DNA of 64,000 bases from Oedothorax gibbosus (Eukaryota). Made by a program: the position numbers and the translations under genes. Location: NCBI GenBank assembly GCA_019343175.1, contig JAFNEN010000097.1:29448-93447 (forward strand), given 5' to 3'. The notes beneath the pieces were generated by a model that worked only from the letters and a program-made list of their open reading frames with translations, made no database searches and was not told the DNA's origin. Position 1 is the first letter of the stretch, and every line of letters begins with the position of its first letter. Positions 62,301-64,000 of this stretch are shown here, one piece after another.

Positions 62301-62846
62301 GATGTTACATTCCTTGTTGACAACCACAAAGTTTCAGCTTCACGGGAAAAACTTAGTAGAAATTCTGAATATTTTAGAGCCCTCTTGGATGGACACTTTT
62401 CTGAGAAAGGAAAGGATATTATTTTGATGGACTTAATATCAGTCACATCATTAACTGCAATATTTCATTTTCTTCATGGATGTTTAAATAATAATACTTG
62501 CCGGTTTCTAAAGGACCTGAATGTCGAAGAACTTTTGGAATTATTATCTGAAAGTGAACCATTTTTGTTGTCAGATATGAAAGCATTCATAATTGACAGT
62601 TTATGTCACAGCTTCACTCCTAAAGATATATTTAAAATTTACAAAGTTGCTAAGATTTTTGACTGTACAGTACTGTGCCAAAAGACTTTGCACTTTGTTT
62701 TGAGTACAAACATTTCACACACAAAATTTCTAGTTAAGTTTTTTGAATATATATCGAGCTTCAAAGAGTATAATGCTTTAAGTGATATAAAAATATTAAT
62801 ACAAAATATTTTTGCAGAGTGTCGGTATTATGCATGTAAAGATTAA
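59337..62846 (+). CDS. ARMC5: ARMC5-like protein: N-terminal armadillo repeats, Ser-rich low-complexity middle with two tandem ~45-aa repeats, C-terminal BTB/POZ domain. Uninterrupted 1169 codons
   Basis: A 3.5-kb ORF in a ~70% AT genome. ARM-repeat signatures (..NEDIRNRACRALGNIANSKIGLEAV.., ..NCQQTAARTLRILAKDHKSRDFIIQENGIGLVCNLLHSKSKDVIKCSIRALAELTEN..). BTB signature ..YDVTFLVDNHKVSASREKLSRNSEYFRALLDGHFSEKGKDIILMDLISVTSLTAIFHFLHG.. ARM followed by a C-terminal BTB is the ARMC5 architecture. The listed start is only the first in-frame ATG, about 25 nt after an acceptor-like tttcag at 59311; the frame is open upstream. Confidence 0.85.
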   Translation: MSEPEEDENIIKRINSNDSSVIYKALKQIKLLYFNDSSKMLRFFKSAVIKKIISFIEHPHLSTLSLSIIADLCMKDNYIPEIIQNYGINVLLRNMDRTVNEDIRNRACRALGNIANSKIGLEAVYSVQPIPVNLSFLSGTENVNCQQTAARTLRILAKDHKSRDFIIQENGIGLVCNLLHSKSKDVIKCSIRALAELTENCNIHSARQVKERHVLKILVELYSFSNKDIKEHILAILKNLSAIEEIRYDLLKIGALKIFAEACMGSVSSESSRHAVLALCCLLDRLHIWEGNGVTKKGGLKAVLEILRQSTFEDIHKQILIALYPHCYEPNIPDILFEQEIIEILLQVLKRFIACNKDGHSNPALEYFHLQVPSEVDGELSRNSLTSYNSEEDLSLEEKSYENSNFPSFSDSISKFPFIQPYPNPIKSFPNYNSSSHLNLHSSGAESNCSPCSSRSNNPRSPSIYSDSEVSSPLIDPWSPQSIVNANECLSPVFSCSEDSCDDNNFKKVDEKYVQLSSLTRTEKTTTNDIYDSITVCSPKSCQSAAVVISIQDNKSDALFTPIRKDKDESGGFEEFHDVEPLSSILSCSEDTSDDDDWIVVDDYIYPNSTNVTLTHETSVCDSVVCSSSTSDPNLDSKSAKECDTSSATQILVDDDILPISINVTPIHAKSVCDLAVCVPSTSQDTAITDSKSAQKCNKLSTEIYKDSNLSYTKKESVKIEAMHSPKDLSPTVKRKADVDIIGIPIKKIKISSAPNVSHKLEMFAEKCTLDHCVLLFLDQLSFHLEKKTNSQIASRSCFSVLMDYIVSINNPNPKAEKILLNLVKNRYCFEKLIMSGFVADMDKIMIVNHSLKNCIRCSSIHDTYTKLISALRTVAESTYGVGTLCHILSTKDETCQFYAVHAMSHLIHSTCSLFKLTFQCNGLSLLFSSLLNELKEVSSLAVISLCNIYQKLPKTTLITNLNKCCFSKSCCLNVSPNCMYLEDAITYDVTFLVDNHKVSASREKLSRNSEYFRALLDGHFSEKGKDIILMDLISVTSLTAIFHFLHGCLNNNTCRFLKDLNVEELLELLSESEPFLLSDMKAFIIDSLCHSFTPKDIFKIYKVAKIFDCTVLCQKTLHFVLSTNISHTKFLVKFFEYISSFKEYNALSDIKILIQNIFAECRYYACKD

Positions 62847-62995
62847 GAATAATAGTACACTGATAGTCTGTAAATAATTCACTATTATTATTAATCTTTT
62901 CTGTTCTTAAAAATATTAATGCAAAATATTTTTGCTGAGTGTCGGTTTTATGCAGGTAAAGAGATAAAGAGATTAAGAATGATACTGCAAAATTT
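62786..62995 (+). repeat. Tandem duplication (~95-bp unit x2) spanning the last 6-7 codons, the stop and the proximal 3'UTR of the ARMC5-like gene
   Basis: aaaaatattaatacaaaatatttttgcagagtgtcggtattatgcatgtaaagattaagaat vs aaaaatattaatgcaaaatatttttgctgagtgtcggttttatgcaggtaaagagataaagagattaagaat. Copy 2 (ORF 62919-63110) re-encodes QNIFAECRFYAGKE and reads on for ~50 more codons. Confidence 0.85.
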
Positions 62996-64000
62996 TTGGA
63001 TGGCTTGTCTTGAAAGTACCGATAAAAACAGTGATTTGATTGCGAAAAGGTGCACCAAATCTTCTGAAAATAGCTGTTATGTGCTTTATTATATCTACTG
63101 CTGTTTATAAAACACATATTGCAAATATGTTGTATACTATGTCTTGGTTCCGTCTTGCTTCAGCCTACTCATATAAATATATTGTTTTCAATTTCCAAAA
63201 CTGTTTCAAACAGGTTTGTTTTACACAAATAACTTTCACAACTGAGAAACTGGAAAATGTTTTTTTTTATTTGAATTTTAATAAATGTGGATTTAATGTT
63301 TTAATAAACTTTGTTTAGTCTTATATCTGCAGATTCTGAAAGGAGTCATCTAGAAAAACAAAAAGTAAAACATAATGCGGGGTTGTCTAATATTGCAATC
63401 TAAAACGCGTCAAAAAGTAAAACTGTGAATTGAAAATGAATTACAACTAGACACTTAAAAGACTATTTCAATGTACTCTTGAATTTTTTACAGATCTAAA
63501 AGAGCATATCAGTGCAAGCAAAGCTAGTGTACTCGGGCAAATTCGGGGTTTAACCGTGCAAAAATGTTGTGGAGCTGGAAATCCGCACTTAGAGGAATTT
63601 TAGTATTGATATTCTAGGTGTTTAATAGTATGTCTAAACCGAGTTTCAAGTTTTTAGGAGTTTCTTAAGAGTACTTAGAGCTTAAACCTCCTGTGGTTAA
63701 CCATCGAATCAAGGTGTCAATGTTTTATGGAACTATTTCTACATTTTTTGGAGCATCAGGTAGTGTGAATCAATTTTGAGCTTTGAAACATTGTTCTCAA
63801 GTTTAAACCCCATGTCATGCTAAAATCTCTAAACCCCTATAAAAGGTGAGACACTAAGATAAATATTATACTCTTAGTATGTTATTTAGGGTGTTAAATA
63901 GTACTTTTATATAAAAAATTTTACTATTTTTTAAGTCTAGAGCAATAATCCCCCTTCAAATTTTTTTGTTTTGACTTTCAATACAAAATTTTTGTTTTTC

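Noticed and set aside
62761-63117. 118-aa minus-strand ORF
   Set aside because: It is antisense to the duplicated 3' end of the ARMC5-like gene and is AT-rich low-complexity sequence.
1-64000. CRISPR arrays, rRNA genes, prokaryotic operons
   Set aside because: None are present. The sequence is clearly eukaryotic and the tandem repeats found are minisatellites or TE-derived.

Overview
This is AT-rich eukaryotic DNA, probably from an invertebrate metazoan. It has long introns with GT...AG boundaries, many tRNA-derived SINE-like elements, Tc1/mariner and hAT-like DNA transposons, MITEs and foldback elements. There are no prokaryotic features such as CRISPR arrays or operons. I can support two protein-coding loci. 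(1) A multi-exon plus-strand gene runs from before the window to about 14.9 kb. It encodes a lysine-rich protein built from short exons that all sit between phase-0 introns; one exon with its flanking intron is present in three diverged copies, and a Tc1 element sits immediately downstream of one exon's 5' splice site. (2) A single uninterrupted 1169-codon ORF (59337-62846, +) encodes an N-terminal armadillo-repeat region, a Ser-rich low-complexity linker containing two tandem ~45-aa repeats, and a C-terminal BTB/POZ domain. That architecture matches ARMC5, the CUL3 adaptor. The first in-frame ATG is at 59337, about 25 nt after a splice-acceptor-like AG; the frame is open upstream and the true start is not established. 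The last ~90 bp including the stop codon are tandemly duplicated. The remaining ~44 kb is a repeat landscape. It contains a 1.68-kb Tc1-like element with ~140-bp TIRs and a decayed DDE transposase, and a second internally deleted Tc1 copy. It contains six tRNA-derived SINE-like sequence types, one of them in four copies. A 2.6-kb hAT-like non-autonomous element with an 8-bp target-site duplication is inserted into a SINE and itself carries two further SINEs. There are several MITE families and a 2.8-kb foldback-like giant palindrome whose arms are built from three ~330-bp tandem subrepeats. No single exciting system is obvious. The most unusual structures are the foldback-like palindrome, the nested hAT-in-SINE insertion, the phase-0 exon-cassette gene and the intronless ARMC5-like gene with a duplicated 3' end.
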